Below, one piece after another: positions 17,854-26,535 of a stretch of 28,050 nucleotides of DNA. A model generated the notes under the pieces. That model saw only the letters and a list, made by a program, of their open reading frames with translations, was not told the DNA's origin and did no database searches. This stretch comes from an uncultured Chloroflexia bacterium (GTDB lineage: Bacteria; Chloroflexota; Limnocylindria; Limnocylindrales; CSP1-4), in NCBI GenBank assembly GCA_963746845.1, contig CAVVCZ010000010.1:1-28050 (forward strand), read 5' to 3'. Each line of letters starts with the position of its first letter. The stretch's first letter is position 1. The position numbers and the translations under genes are program-made.

Positions 17854-19444
17854 GTCTGAGCGCCAACGCGAGCGGGAACCGCAGCTCGGGATCCGCGAGC
17901 CGCCAGCCGGTCACGGCCTCGATCCGGCGGACCCGGTAGGCGACCGTGTTGCGATGGACCCCGAGCGCGTCGGCGGCCTCGGCGATCCCGGGCTGGTCGA
18001 GGATCGCGCGGAGGGTCGCGAGGCGCTCGCGCCGGACGTCGGGGCGACCGCGGAGCAACGGCTCCAGCAGGGCGCGGGCCTGGCGCTCGCCCTCGGGCAG
18101 GTTGTGCAGGTTGCCCAGCAGCCGATAGGCGGGCAGCCGGTCCGCCCGGGCGACGGCCGGCTGGGTCGGGAGACGCTCGGCCGCCTCGAGCGTGGCCCGG
18201 GCGCCGGCTTCCGCGGCGGACCGCCCGGCCGGCGCCTCGAACGGGCGCGAGACCGCCACGAGCCGCCCGAGCAGCGCCGCGATCCGCGCGGCGAGCTCCA
18301 TCCCCTCCGGGTCTCCGGACGGCGCGGCGGCCACCGCCCGGACCTCGACGCTCAGCGCATCCCCGCGCAGCGTGAGCCGGCGGGGCGGGGCCAGGGCACG
18401 GAGGTCCCGGCGGAGCGCCTCGCGTCGTGCCGCGTCGACCGGGTCCGGCGCCTGGGCCACCGGCTCGCCGGCCCCTCCACCCGTGGTGATCGGGCCGGTC
18501 GGCGCCGCCTGGCGGGCGACGATGACGACCCATGGCGGGCCATCGGCAGGCAGGACCTCGCGCCGGGCCGTCTCGATCGCCTGTCCGACCGCCTCCTCGC
18601 GGGCCAGCTCCAGCACCAGGATGCCGGCGATCCGGGCCGTCGCGATCCGCTCCAGCTCGCTCGGCGGCCGGTCGCCGAGCAGGGCGAGCGCGCCCATCGG
18701 CTCGGCCGCGCCGGCGTCCAGCGCCCCGCGGCCGCGACCTCGGAGGGGCAACGGGATGCGGGCCGCGGCCGTCCGGCGTCGACCGTGATAGGCGGCGACC
18801 GCGGCCGCAGCGCCGGGCACGTCCGGCGGGGCATGGACCGCGAGCGGCGCGCCGCGCCGACCCTCGATCGCGACGGCGCGGGCGAGGAACCCGGCGATCG
18901 CCGCGGCGAAGCCCTCGGGTCCGCCGCCGGCCAGGGCAACCCCCTCGAGCTGTGCTTCGAGGATCGTCGCCTGACGCTCGAGCTCCGCCCGATGGTTGAC
19001 GAGGAACCCGATGGCGCTCCGCTCGATCGCGGATGGATCGCCGGCTCCGGCGTCGAGCACGGGCACATTGGCGGCCGCCGCCGCCTCGACGAGCGCGACG
19101 ACGCGGGCCCGCGTCTCGCGGCCGGGATCGGCGACCGCGCGGCTCGGATCGGTCACCAGGACGAGCCCGCCGATCTCCGCGTCGGCGGCGGCCCGGACCA
19201 GCGACCCGACCGCCTCGTCGTCCGGCGCCACGATCCCGAGCGCGGCCAGCGGAACGACGGCGACGTCACCGGCCTCGAGCGCGTCGAAGGCCGGCACCCG
19301 CGCCCGCATCAGCCGGACCCAGGCGAGGTCGCGCGTCGTGGCGGGCGAGCCGGCACGCGCCGACGGTCCGGACCCGGCCGGGCCGGCAGCCAGCCAGCGG
19401 GCGCTCGGGAGCACCGCGGCGCGGAGAGCCTCGAGCGTGGCCAC
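17837..19444 (-). CDS. PucR/CdaR-family transcriptional regulator
   Basis: C-terminal HTH ATLRAILD...AEAADALGVHRNTVAYRVRRIE..TG..L; PucR-like N-terminal sensor region (LAWVRLM...LEAGD). Confidence 0.9.
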   Translation of the reverse strand: MATLEALRAAVLPSARWLAAGPAGSGPSARAGSPATTRDLAWVRLMRARVPAFDALEAGDVAVVPLAALGIVAPDDEAVGSLVRAAADAEIGGLVLVTDPSRAVADPGRETRARVVALVEAAAAANVPVLDAGAGDPSAIERSAIGFLVNHRAELERQATILEAQLEGVALAGGGPEGFAAAIAGFLARAVAIEGRRGAPLAVHAPPDVPGAAAAVAAYHGRRRTAAARIPLPLRGRGRGALDAGAAEPMGALALLGDRPPSELERIATARIAGILVLELAREEAVGQAIETARREVLPADGPPWVVIVARQAAPTGPITTGGGAGEPVAQAPDPVDAARREALRRDLRALAPPRRLTLRGDALSVEVRAVAAAPSGDPEGMELAARIAALLGRLVAVSRPFEAPAGRSAAEAGARATLEAAERLPTQPAVARADRLPAYRLLGNLHNLPEGERQARALLEPLLRGRPDVRRERLATLRAILDQPGIAEAADALGVHRNTVAYRVRRIEAVTGWRLADPELRFPLALALRLVQDD

Positions 19445-19455
19445 GGCGCCCGACG

Positions 19456-20919
19456 TCAGGTGGGCGACGCGGCGGGCGTCGGTGGCGGACGGCGCCGGGC
19501 GACGAGGTCGTCGAGCAGCCGCCCGAACTCCCGCTCCACGTCGACGTAGCGGTCGGACCGGGCGACGAGCGCCACCGATCCATCGGGGGTGAGGCGCGCC
19601 CAGATCCGACGGCGCGGCAGGTAGAACGAGATCGCGATGCCCGCGATCAGGAACCCGAACGCGGACCAGATGATCCCCTGCCCCGGGTCCTTCTTCGCGA
19701 TGATCAGGGTGTAGTCGGTGAACCGCTTCAACCCGACCGAGAAGTCAAGCCCGGCCGGCGCGGCGGCCTCACCGGCCCGCAGCGCGACGACGCTGCCCGG
19801 AAGCTCCTCGATCTTCGGCGTCCCGTCGCTGTTCTGGCCGGTCGAGACGTACGGCAGGATCAGGACGTTGCCGATCCCGTCGGCGTCCTGGCCGAGCAGC
19901 AGCTCCAGACCGATGTCTCCGCGGCCGGGCACCGACATCGTCCCGTACGGGTGACCGGCCGCGGTGTCCGTCAGCGGGACGGGGCCGTCCCAGAGCGGCT
20001 TGCCGCTCGCGTCGCTGATCAGGAGATCCGGGGCCGGCCCGAACCCGTTCTGGTGGAACGTGTACCCCCCGACTGCCAGCGGGTCGTTCACACGGATCGT
20101 CTTGCGGGCGACCTGCTGGCCGTTCTGGTACACACCGAGGTCGGTGGTGAAGTCCGTCGCCTGGCCGGTCTCGGCAAAGCCCGGGGCCTGGAACCCGTAG
20201 TTCTTCACGACGAGCAGGTCCGGCGTCCCGATCGACTGGACCGTCAGCGAGTCCCCCTCCGCGATGATCAGCCCCTGCTCGTCGCCGAGGCGCGAGGTCA
20301 CGATCCCGGCCACGAGGAACAGGATCAGCCCGAGGTGGGTCATCAGGGTCGCGAGCTTCGTCCAGCGGTTGCGGTCGCCGTAGAGGTAGTGGACGCCCTC
20401 GACCTCGGCCTCGCGGACGCCGAAGCGCTGCCGCCGCAGCGCCGCCCGGACGTCGGTCACACCGACGCCGGTCATCGCCGCCCGATCGGGCAGCGCCGGG
20501 TCGTAGAACGGCTCCGGCTGGACGACCCGGATCTCCGCCGCCTGCCGCCACAGCCTCGGAGTCCGGTCGAGGGTGCAGATGACGATCGAGACGACCAGCA
20601 CGATCAACCCGAGCGTGAACCAGGTCGACGTGAAGAGGTGGAAGACCTGGAGGCGCTCCAGCACGTCGACGACCGCCCGCCCGAAGACCGCATCGTACCG
20701 GGCGTGGATGTCCGCCATCGCGGTCTCGTAGTCGCCGGCCGATCGGAACGCGAACGTCGGAAGCTGCCGGATCGTCATGCCGACGACCGCCATCAGCGAC
20801 AGGACGATGATCTGGGCCACGGCGAAGTCGACCGACGTGAACAGGCGCAGGACCGTCCGCCCGATCCGCTCGAAGACGTCGGGCTGCGGCGGCCGGGCCG
20901 ATTCGGCCCACGTGGTCAC
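19456..20919 (-). CDS. resB: Cytochrome c biogenesis protein ResB/Ccs1
   Basis: FTSVDFAV...VGMTI.Q, FTSTWF, conserved His in LMTHLGLIL, IRVNDPL...FHQ and KDPG..IIW...RRRIW motifs. Confidence 0.9.
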   Translation of the reverse strand: MTTWAESARPPQPDVFERIGRTVLRLFTSVDFAVAQIIVLSLMAVVGMTIRQLPTFAFRSAGDYETAMADIHARYDAVFGRAVVDVLERLQVFHLFTSTWFTLGLIVLVVSIVICTLDRTPRLWRQAAEIRVVQPEPFYDPALPDRAAMTGVGVTDVRAALRRQRFGVREAEVEGVHYLYGDRNRWTKLATLMTHLGLILFLVAGIVTSRLGDEQGLIIAEGDSLTVQSIGTPDLLVVKNYGFQAPGFAETGQATDFTTDLGVYQNGQQVARKTIRVNDPLAVGGYTFHQNGFGPAPDLLISDASGKPLWDGPVPLTDTAAGHPYGTMSVPGRGDIGLELLLGQDADGIGNVLILPYVSTGQNSDGTPKIEELPGSVVALRAGEAAAPAGLDFSVGLKRFTDYTLIIAKKDPGQGIIWSAFGFLIAGIAISFYLPRRRIWARLTPDGSVALVARSDRYVDVEREFGRLLDDLVARRRPPPTPAASPT

Positions 20920-20949
20920 GGGGCTGGCGATCGCGAGGTCCTCCGGCGG

Positions 20950-22266
20950 TCAGACGGGGGTCGGTTCGGGGGGTCGCGTGGCTTCGACGCCGGGCGCGGC
21001 TCCGGGTTCCGCGTCCGCCGACGCGGCGCCGGCACCGCTGGCCTCGATCGCGGCACCGAGCGCCCGGTCGAAGTCGGCCACGAGGTCGTCGAGGTCCTCG
21101 AGGCCGACGTGGCAGCGGAGCAGCCCGGCCGTGATCCCGGCCGAGGCGAGAGCCGCGTCGTCGAGCTGGCGGTGGGTCGTGGACGGCGGGTGCGACACGA
21201 TGCTGAAGACGCTCCCGAGCGACGCGGTCCGCTCCGGGATCGTGAGCGTGTCGATGAACGCCTCGCCGGCGGCGCGGCCCCCGGCGAGATCGAAGGCGAG
21301 CATCCCGCCGCCGCGCGCCAGCTGACGGGATGCGACCTCGTGCTGCGGGTGGCTGGCCAGGGCCGGATGCCAGACGCGGTCGACCCCGGGCCGCGTCTCC
21401 AGCCAGGCCGCCAGCGCGGCTGCCGTCGCGGAGTGACGCTCCATCCGGAGCGCCAGCGTCGACAGCCCGCGCATCGCCAGGAACGCCGCGTGCGGGTCGA
21501 GGCTGGCCCCGGTGTCGACCTGGAAGTCGCGGACGCGATCGACGAGCGCGGTCGATCCCACGACGACGCCGGCCATGACGTCCGAATGGCCGGACAGGTA
21601 CTTGGTCGCGGACTCGCAGACGAGGTCCGCGCCGAGCTCGATCGGCCGGCAGAGGTACGGCGACGCGAAGGTGTTGTCGACGACGTAGGCGGCCCCGAAT
21701 CGATGGGCGACGTCGGCGAGGGCGACATGGTCGGCGACGACGATCGTGGGGTTCGAGATCGTCTCCGCGTAGAGGATCCGCGTGGGCGCCGCGGCGAGCG
21801 CCGCCTCGACGGCCGCCAGGTCCGTGACATCCACGAACTCGACCGTCACCCCGAGTCGCCCGAACACGGACGCGAGCAGGGAGCGGGTCGTCCCGTAAGA
21901 GGACTGCGTCGCGAGGACGCGGTCGCCCGCAGCGAGGAACGTGCCGAGCGCCGCATGAATCGCGCCCATCCCGGTGCTGAACGCGAACCCGGCCTCCGCG
22001 CCCTCGAGCTCGGCGACCGCGGCCGCGAATGCGGCGACCGTCGGGTTGTCGAGCCGCCCGTAGGCGTAGCCCGGGATCTGGCGGGTCGCAACCGCGCCGA
22101 GCTCCTCGGCGTCGGCGCTCGTGAACGTGACCGTCTGGTAGATCGGCACCGACGTCGGCGACTGGTGGACCTCGGGAAGCCGGTGTGAGGCACGGATCGC
22201 CCGGGTCGCGAAGCCCTTCGGCGTGACGTCGCCGGCTGCGGTCCGACGGACGGGGGGTTCGGCCAT
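20950..22266 (-). CDS. Cys/Met metabolism PLP-dependent enzyme (cystathionine gamma-synthase / methionine gamma-lyase family)
   Basis: PIYQTVTF, YGRLDNPT, FSTGMGAI, ETISNP, VDNTFASP, SATKYLSGHSD and ASLG motifs. Confidence 0.92.
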   Translation of the reverse strand: MAEPPVRRTAAGDVTPKGFATRAIRASHRLPEVHQSPTSVPIYQTVTFTSADAEELGAVATRQIPGYAYGRLDNPTVAAFAAAVAELEGAEAGFAFSTGMGAIHAALGTFLAAGDRVLATQSSYGTTRSLLASVFGRLGVTVEFVDVTDLAAVEAALAAAPTRILYAETISNPTIVVADHVALADVAHRFGAAYVVDNTFASPYLCRPIELGADLVCESATKYLSGHSDVMAGVVVGSTALVDRVRDFQVDTGASLDPHAAFLAMRGLSTLALRMERHSATAAALAAWLETRPGVDRVWHPALASHPQHEVASRQLARGGGMLAFDLAGGRAAGEAFIDTLTIPERTASLGSVFSIVSHPPSTTHRQLDDAALASAGITAGLLRCHVGLEDLDDLVADFDRALGAAIEASGAGAASADAEPGAAPGVEATRPPEPTPV

Positions 22267-22276
22267 GCGGCCGATC

Positions 22277-23659
22277 CTACACCGACTCGCCGCCGCGCTT
22301 GCGCGATCGGGAGGAGGCGGCCGCCGGGGGCGCCACGGACACGTCCTCGACGGGCGTCAGCGTGCGGGCCGCGCTGATCGGGCTCGGCTCCGTCGGCTGG
22401 GCGCCCTGATCGAAGACCGGCTCGCCGATCCCGTCGTCGACGGCCGGCACGCCCGTGACGCGGTTCTTGCCGGCGCGCTTCGAGCGGTACATCGAGGTGT
22501 CCGCGGTGATCATCAGCTCGTCGCTCGTCCGGCCGTCGTCCGGGTAGCTGACGACGCCGATCGAGACCGACGGACGGATCGCCGAGGCCCCGACCGGGAC
22601 GCTGAGCTCGGCGACCTCCTGGCGGATCTTCTCGGCCAGGACGTACGCACCGGTGGGATCGGTCTCGGGCAGGAGCACGACGAACTCGTCGCCGCCGTAC
22701 CGTGCGGCGGTGTCGATGCGCCGGCCGCCGGAGCGGATCACGTCGCCCACGCCGCGGAGGACGCGGTCGCCGAAGAAGTGGCCGTGGCGGTCGTTGATCA
22801 GCTTCAGGTCGTCGAGATCCATCATCAGCAGGCAGAAGCCGCGGCCCGACCGGGCGCTCCGCGCGATCTCCCGCTCCACCGCCGAGAAGAAGAACGTCCG
22901 GTTGTACAGCCCGGTCAGCGGGTCGATCGTCGAGAGGCGGATCGCGGCATCGCGGGCCCGTCGCTGTTCGCGGGCGATGACCATCGCGATGTAGGCGAGC
23001 AGGACGAGGGCGGTCAGGTTGATGCCGACGATCGCCACCGTCTCGGGCGAGACACCCGAGGCGCCGGGCGGGACGATCGCGATGATGTAGGCGAGCGATG
23101 CGGCCATCGCGAGAGCGAAGGTCACCCGCGGGCTGACGACGAGCGCCGCCCCACCGACGATCAGGGGGAACGTGAAGAAGAACGGGCTCTGTTCGCGGCC
23201 GGTGAGGACCACGAGCAGCGTGGCGAACGTGATCGCGACGCTGCCTTCGAGGACGAACTTCGCCGTCCCGAGCGCGCCGACCGGCAGCAGGTCGTGGACC
23301 ACGAGGACGAACAGGCCGGCCGCGGCAAGCAGCGCGAGGATCGCCGCCTGCGTCTCTTCCCACAGCCCGGTCAGGGCGACGATCGTCGACGTCGCGAGGA
23401 TGAACACCCACGACACGATCCGGACGACGCGGTCGTAGGCGCCGGATTCGATCGGGCTCATCTCGCCGAGGTTGGCCTGGTTGGCGCCGAACGTCGCAGC
23501 GAGCTCCGAGGAGCGGTGGTCCGCGGGATCGATCGGCGAGCTGCCGGCGGGCGTGTGGCCGCGGCGACCGAGCAGCGGCGGGAGAAGGACGCTGCCCATC
23601 ACCGCCAGATTGGCGATGACGGCCAGCAGGATCAGGGTCTGGACCGGCTCGACCGGCAC
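22277..23659 (-). CDS. Membrane-bound diguanylate cyclase
   Basis: Multi-pass N-terminal half; DPLTGLYNR, DLDDLKLINDRHGHFFGD, RxxD I-site (RRID) and intact RYGGDEF. Confidence 0.92.
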   Translation of the reverse strand: MPVEPVQTLILLAVIANLAVMGSVLLPPLLGRRGHTPAGSSPIDPADHRSSELAATFGANQANLGEMSPIESGAYDRVVRIVSWVFILATSTIVALTGLWEETQAAILALLAAAGLFVLVVHDLLPVGALGTAKFVLEGSVAITFATLLVVLTGREQSPFFFTFPLIVGGAALVVSPRVTFALAMAASLAYIIAIVPPGASGVSPETVAIVGINLTALVLLAYIAMVIAREQRRARDAAIRLSTIDPLTGLYNRTFFFSAVEREIARSARSGRGFCLLMMDLDDLKLINDRHGHFFGDRVLRGVGDVIRSGGRRIDTAARYGGDEFVVLLPETDPTGAYVLAEKIRQEVAELSVPVGASAIRPSVSIGVVSYPDDGRTSDELMITADTSMYRSKRAGKNRVTGVPAVDDGIGEPVFDQGAQPTEPSPISAARTLTPVEDVSVAPPAAASSRSRKRGGESV

Positions 23660-23823
23660 GCGCGGACCTCATGCATGCACGCGGGAGCTCGACTCCCGAC
23701 GTGGCCGCATGGTAGCCGGTCGCCCGGATGGCACGGTTTGTCCTGCCGTGCTCGGGCGTGGCGGAGATCGGTTTCGGGGGTGCGGCGGCGCACCGCCCGC
23801 GTCCCGCTCGACCGTGGACCGGC

Positions 23824-24309
23824 CTAGCGCGTGCCCCACTGGTACGACTGCTTGACCATCCGCAGGTACACGAACGTCTCGGTGTCGCGCACCCCGTCGA
23901 TCGTCCGCAGGCGATCCGCGAGGAACCGGAGCAGACCCTCGTTGTCCTCGCACACGGTCTCGATCAGGATGTCGTAGGTGCCGGCGGTGATGACGACGTA
24001 GTCAACCTCGGACATCTCGGCACAGCGCGCGGCGACCTCCATCAGCCGGTCCGCCTCGCACCGGATGCCGATCATCGCCATCTGCTGGAAGCCGAGCTTC
24101 AACGGGTCCGTGACACCGACGACCTGGAGGATCCCGCGGTCCACGAGACGGTTCGTCCGGGCGCGGACCGCGGCCTCGGACACGCCGAGGTCGGCGGCGA
24201 TCTGGGTGAACGGCCGACGGCCGTCCTGCTGGAGGTGCTCGATGATCCGCTTGTCGAGCTCGGAGACGTCTTCGCCGGCGCGCCCGGGGGAGCGGCGCTG
24301 GCCGGTCAC
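23824..24309 (-). CDS. Lrp/AsnC family transcriptional regulator
   Basis: LDKRIIEHLQQDGRRPFTQIAADLGVSEAAVRAR HTH and AGTYDI; GTG 24309 overlaps the upstream stop (GTGA). Confidence 0.92.
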   Translation of the reverse strand: MTGQRRSPGRAGEDVSELDKRIIEHLQQDGRRPFTQIAADLGVSEAAVRARTNRLVDRGILQVVGVTDPLKLGFQQMAMIGIRCEADRLMEVAARCAEMSEVDYVVITAGTYDILIETVCEDNEGLLRFLADRLRTIDGVRDTETFVYLRMVKQSYQWGTR

Positions 24310-24989
24310 GGCTTCGTGGTCGGCTTCGGTGTCTTCGCGGGCTTCGGCGTCTTTGCCGGCGGCTTCGTGGGTGCCTTGGTCGGCGCGGCCGAGACGGTCG
24401 GCGCCGGGGTCGGCTCCGGCGTTTTCGAGGGGATCGCCAGGACCGAGTGCTGGTCCAGCGGCCACAGGAGCGGATCCAGGACCCCGACGATCTGGGCGGC
24501 GAGGGCCTGACGCGTGTCGTCCGGGGCCTTCGGCGTCGCGGCCGAGCTGACGGGCCCGTACTCGACGAGGACGTTCAGCCCGGCGAAGGCGTACGGAGTC
24601 TCGTTCCGGACCGGCTTGGAGCCGGGCTTCCAGTCGAGGGCCTTGTGGAGGTCCGCCGCGCTGCGGTACTGCGTGATTCGCAGCGGCCAGTTGCCGATGT
24701 CGGCATTGATCTGCTTGACGATGACCGGATTGCCCTGGCCGGAGTTCGCATTGTTCGCCCGGATCCCGAGCTTTGCGCTGCCGAGCGCCAGGAAGATGTC
24801 ATCTGCGGTGACCGGCTCGCGACGATGCGGATCCGGGGTGATCACGGGCGTCGGGAGCGCGCTCGGCGCGCCCGAGGGCGCGGCCGAGCCGCCGCAGGCC
24901 ACGACGAGCGTGGTCGCGACGATCATGGCGATGCCGGCCACCCGGGCCGGCAGCCGGCGTTCCCGTGCTTGATGATTCGAATGTCGCAT
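24306..24989 (-). CDS. Hypothetical lipoprotein with a Pro/Thr/Lys-rich tail
   Basis: Basic N-terminus, hydrophobic stretch and lipobox-like VVAC-GG; extended -10 TGcTAGCAT at 25008-25000. Confidence 0.75.
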   Translation of the reverse strand: MRHSNHQARERRLPARVAGIAMIVATTLVVACGGSAAPSGAPSALPTPVITPDPHRREPVTADDIFLALGSAKLGIRANNANSGQGNPVIVKQINADIGNWPLRITQYRSAADLHKALDWKPGSKPVRNETPYAFAGLNVLVEYGPVSSAATPKAPDDTRQALAAQIVGVLDPLLWPLDQHSVLAIPSKTPEPTPAPTVSAAPTKAPTKPPAKTPKPAKTPKPTTKP

Positions 24990-25083
24990 CGCCGGCGGGA
25001 TGCTAGCACCGTGGATCGCACGAACTGAACCCTACAGAAGTACCGCCGGGCGTGCCTGTCCGTCGTGTTCTGTGCGTGGGATC

Positions 25084-26001
25084 TCAGGCCCGGTCGAGAA
25101 ACGGCAGCACCGCTGCGAATCGCACGATCGACGCCAGGTCGATCGGATCGAGCACGGCCTGGACCTCGTCGACGCCGACGGCCGCGTAGGCCCGGAGCTC
25201 GTCCGCCATCCGCTCCGGCGCCCCCTCGAGGGGGACGATCCGATCGGTCGTCGTCGTGTCGCCCATCGTCCGCCCCCGGCCGCCGGGCAGGCGGACGTGG
25301 ACCGCGACGGTTCGACGGATCGCGGCCGGGTCGCGGCCAACGGCCCGACAGGCCTCGTCGACGATCGCGGCGAGGGGCGCAACCCTCGCGGGCGTGTTGT
25401 CCGTGTCCGCATACCAGGTGTTCCACGCGTGGGCATGGGGCATCGTGATCCGGAGCATCCGCGGCCCGTTCGAGCCGATGAGCAGCGGCGGACCGCCGGG
25501 CCGGGCTCGCGGGAGGAGCTCGCAGTCACGAGCCTGGTAGAACCGCCCGTCGAAGTCGATCGCGCCCTCCTGGAGCAGGGTCCGGATGATCGTGAACGCC
25601 TCCTCGAACCGGTTCACCCGCTCGTCGTATGGGAAGCCGAAGGCACGGAACTCGGTCTCGTTCCAGCCCGCCCCGAGACCGAGGACGAACCGGCCGCCGG
25701 CGATCTCGTCGATCGTCGCCGCCTGCTTGGCGAGCAGTGCCGGGTTGTGGAAGTTCGTGCACGCAACGAGGGGGCCGATCGTCGCCCTGGTCGTCGTCGC
25801 CGCGAGCGCGGCCATCAGCGTCCATGCCTCCCATGGGCCGCGGGCCGGTCGGCCGTCCCAGCGGTACAGGAGGTGCTCGCCGAGCCAGATGCCGTCGAAG
25901 CCGAGGTCGTCGATCGCCCGGGCCATGTCGAGGAGCTCCGGCCAGCGGACCTCGCGCTCCACCTCGGGCAGCTGGACGCCGACACGGATTGGACGGGTCA
26001 T
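25084..26001 (-). CDS. LLM-class (luciferase-like) flavin- or F420-dependent oxidoreductase
   Basis: GFDGIWLGEH, EAWTLMAALA..T, NPALLAKQAATID..GGRFVLGLGAGW..EF and GPRML motifs. Confidence 0.92.
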   Translation of the reverse strand: MTRPIRVGVQLPEVEREVRWPELLDMARAIDDLGFDGIWLGEHLLYRWDGRPARGPWEAWTLMAALAATTTRATIGPLVACTNFHNPALLAKQAATIDEIAGGRFVLGLGAGWNETEFRAFGFPYDERVNRFEEAFTIIRTLLQEGAIDFDGRFYQARDCELLPRARPGGPPLLIGSNGPRMLRITMPHAHAWNTWYADTDNTPARVAPLAAIVDEACRAVGRDPAAIRRTVAVHVRLPGGRGRTMGDTTTTDRIVPLEGAPERMADELRAYAAVGVDEVQAVLDPIDLASIVRFAAVLPFLDRA

Positions 26002-26171
26002 CGGGGATTGCCGTGCAGGTCGAGTCGTGCCGTCACGACGCCATTGTGCTCGACGCGCCCTGCCTGATCCCCTGGATCTGCCACTTCGTCACCGGGTGAC
26101 GACAACGGGCTGAGACGCCCGGATCGGGCGCCAGATCGACACTGGGCGTCGACTCGGCACGATCCGCCGAC

Positions 26172-26331
26172 AGAATCCGCCAGGTCGCGCGTCGATCCAC
26201 GCTCAGATCGGACGGGAGACAGCCAGCGATGGGTGCGCGGGCGTGCCCACTCGACACCCCGCGGGAATCTGACACCGAATTCAGGTCGGATCGCGCGCGG
26301 TCGACATGGGCCGTCGATCTGGCGGGGTTCT
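26172..26331. repeat. Degenerate ~160-bp intergenic inverted-repeat structure
   Basis: AGAATCCGCCAGGTCG (26172-26187) pairs with CGATCTGGCGGGGTTCT (26315-26331); CGCCAGATCGAC (26129-26140) is also the exact reverse complement of 26313-26324. Confidence 0.4.
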
Positions 26332-26535
26332 CCTCGAGCAGGATCGTTCCGTCGGGCGCCAACCGGTGCGGCGGCACGGGGGCAGGCCACCTCGACGGCG
26401 GGCGGGGCCTCTGCGGGAATCGAGACGGTTGTCCGCGGCGACGTGAGCAGATCGCGCGTCGGAGCGCTCAGCCGACCGTCCGGTATCCTTCACCATCCAT
26501 CGACGCCGGACATCGGCGGCACGAGGAGGAGCTCC

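Noticed and set aside
13521-22188. Very long alternative ORFs (13521..16301, 13966..16929, 17801..19549, 19033..22188 and similar)
   Set aside because: Antisense or off-frame shadows of well-supported genes, expected at this GC content.
23660-23823. c-di-GMP riboswitch upstream of the diguanylate cyclase
   Set aside because: A GGACAAACC string and small hairpins are present, but no GNRA tetraloop/receptor architecture; TACCAT there looks like a plain -10 box.
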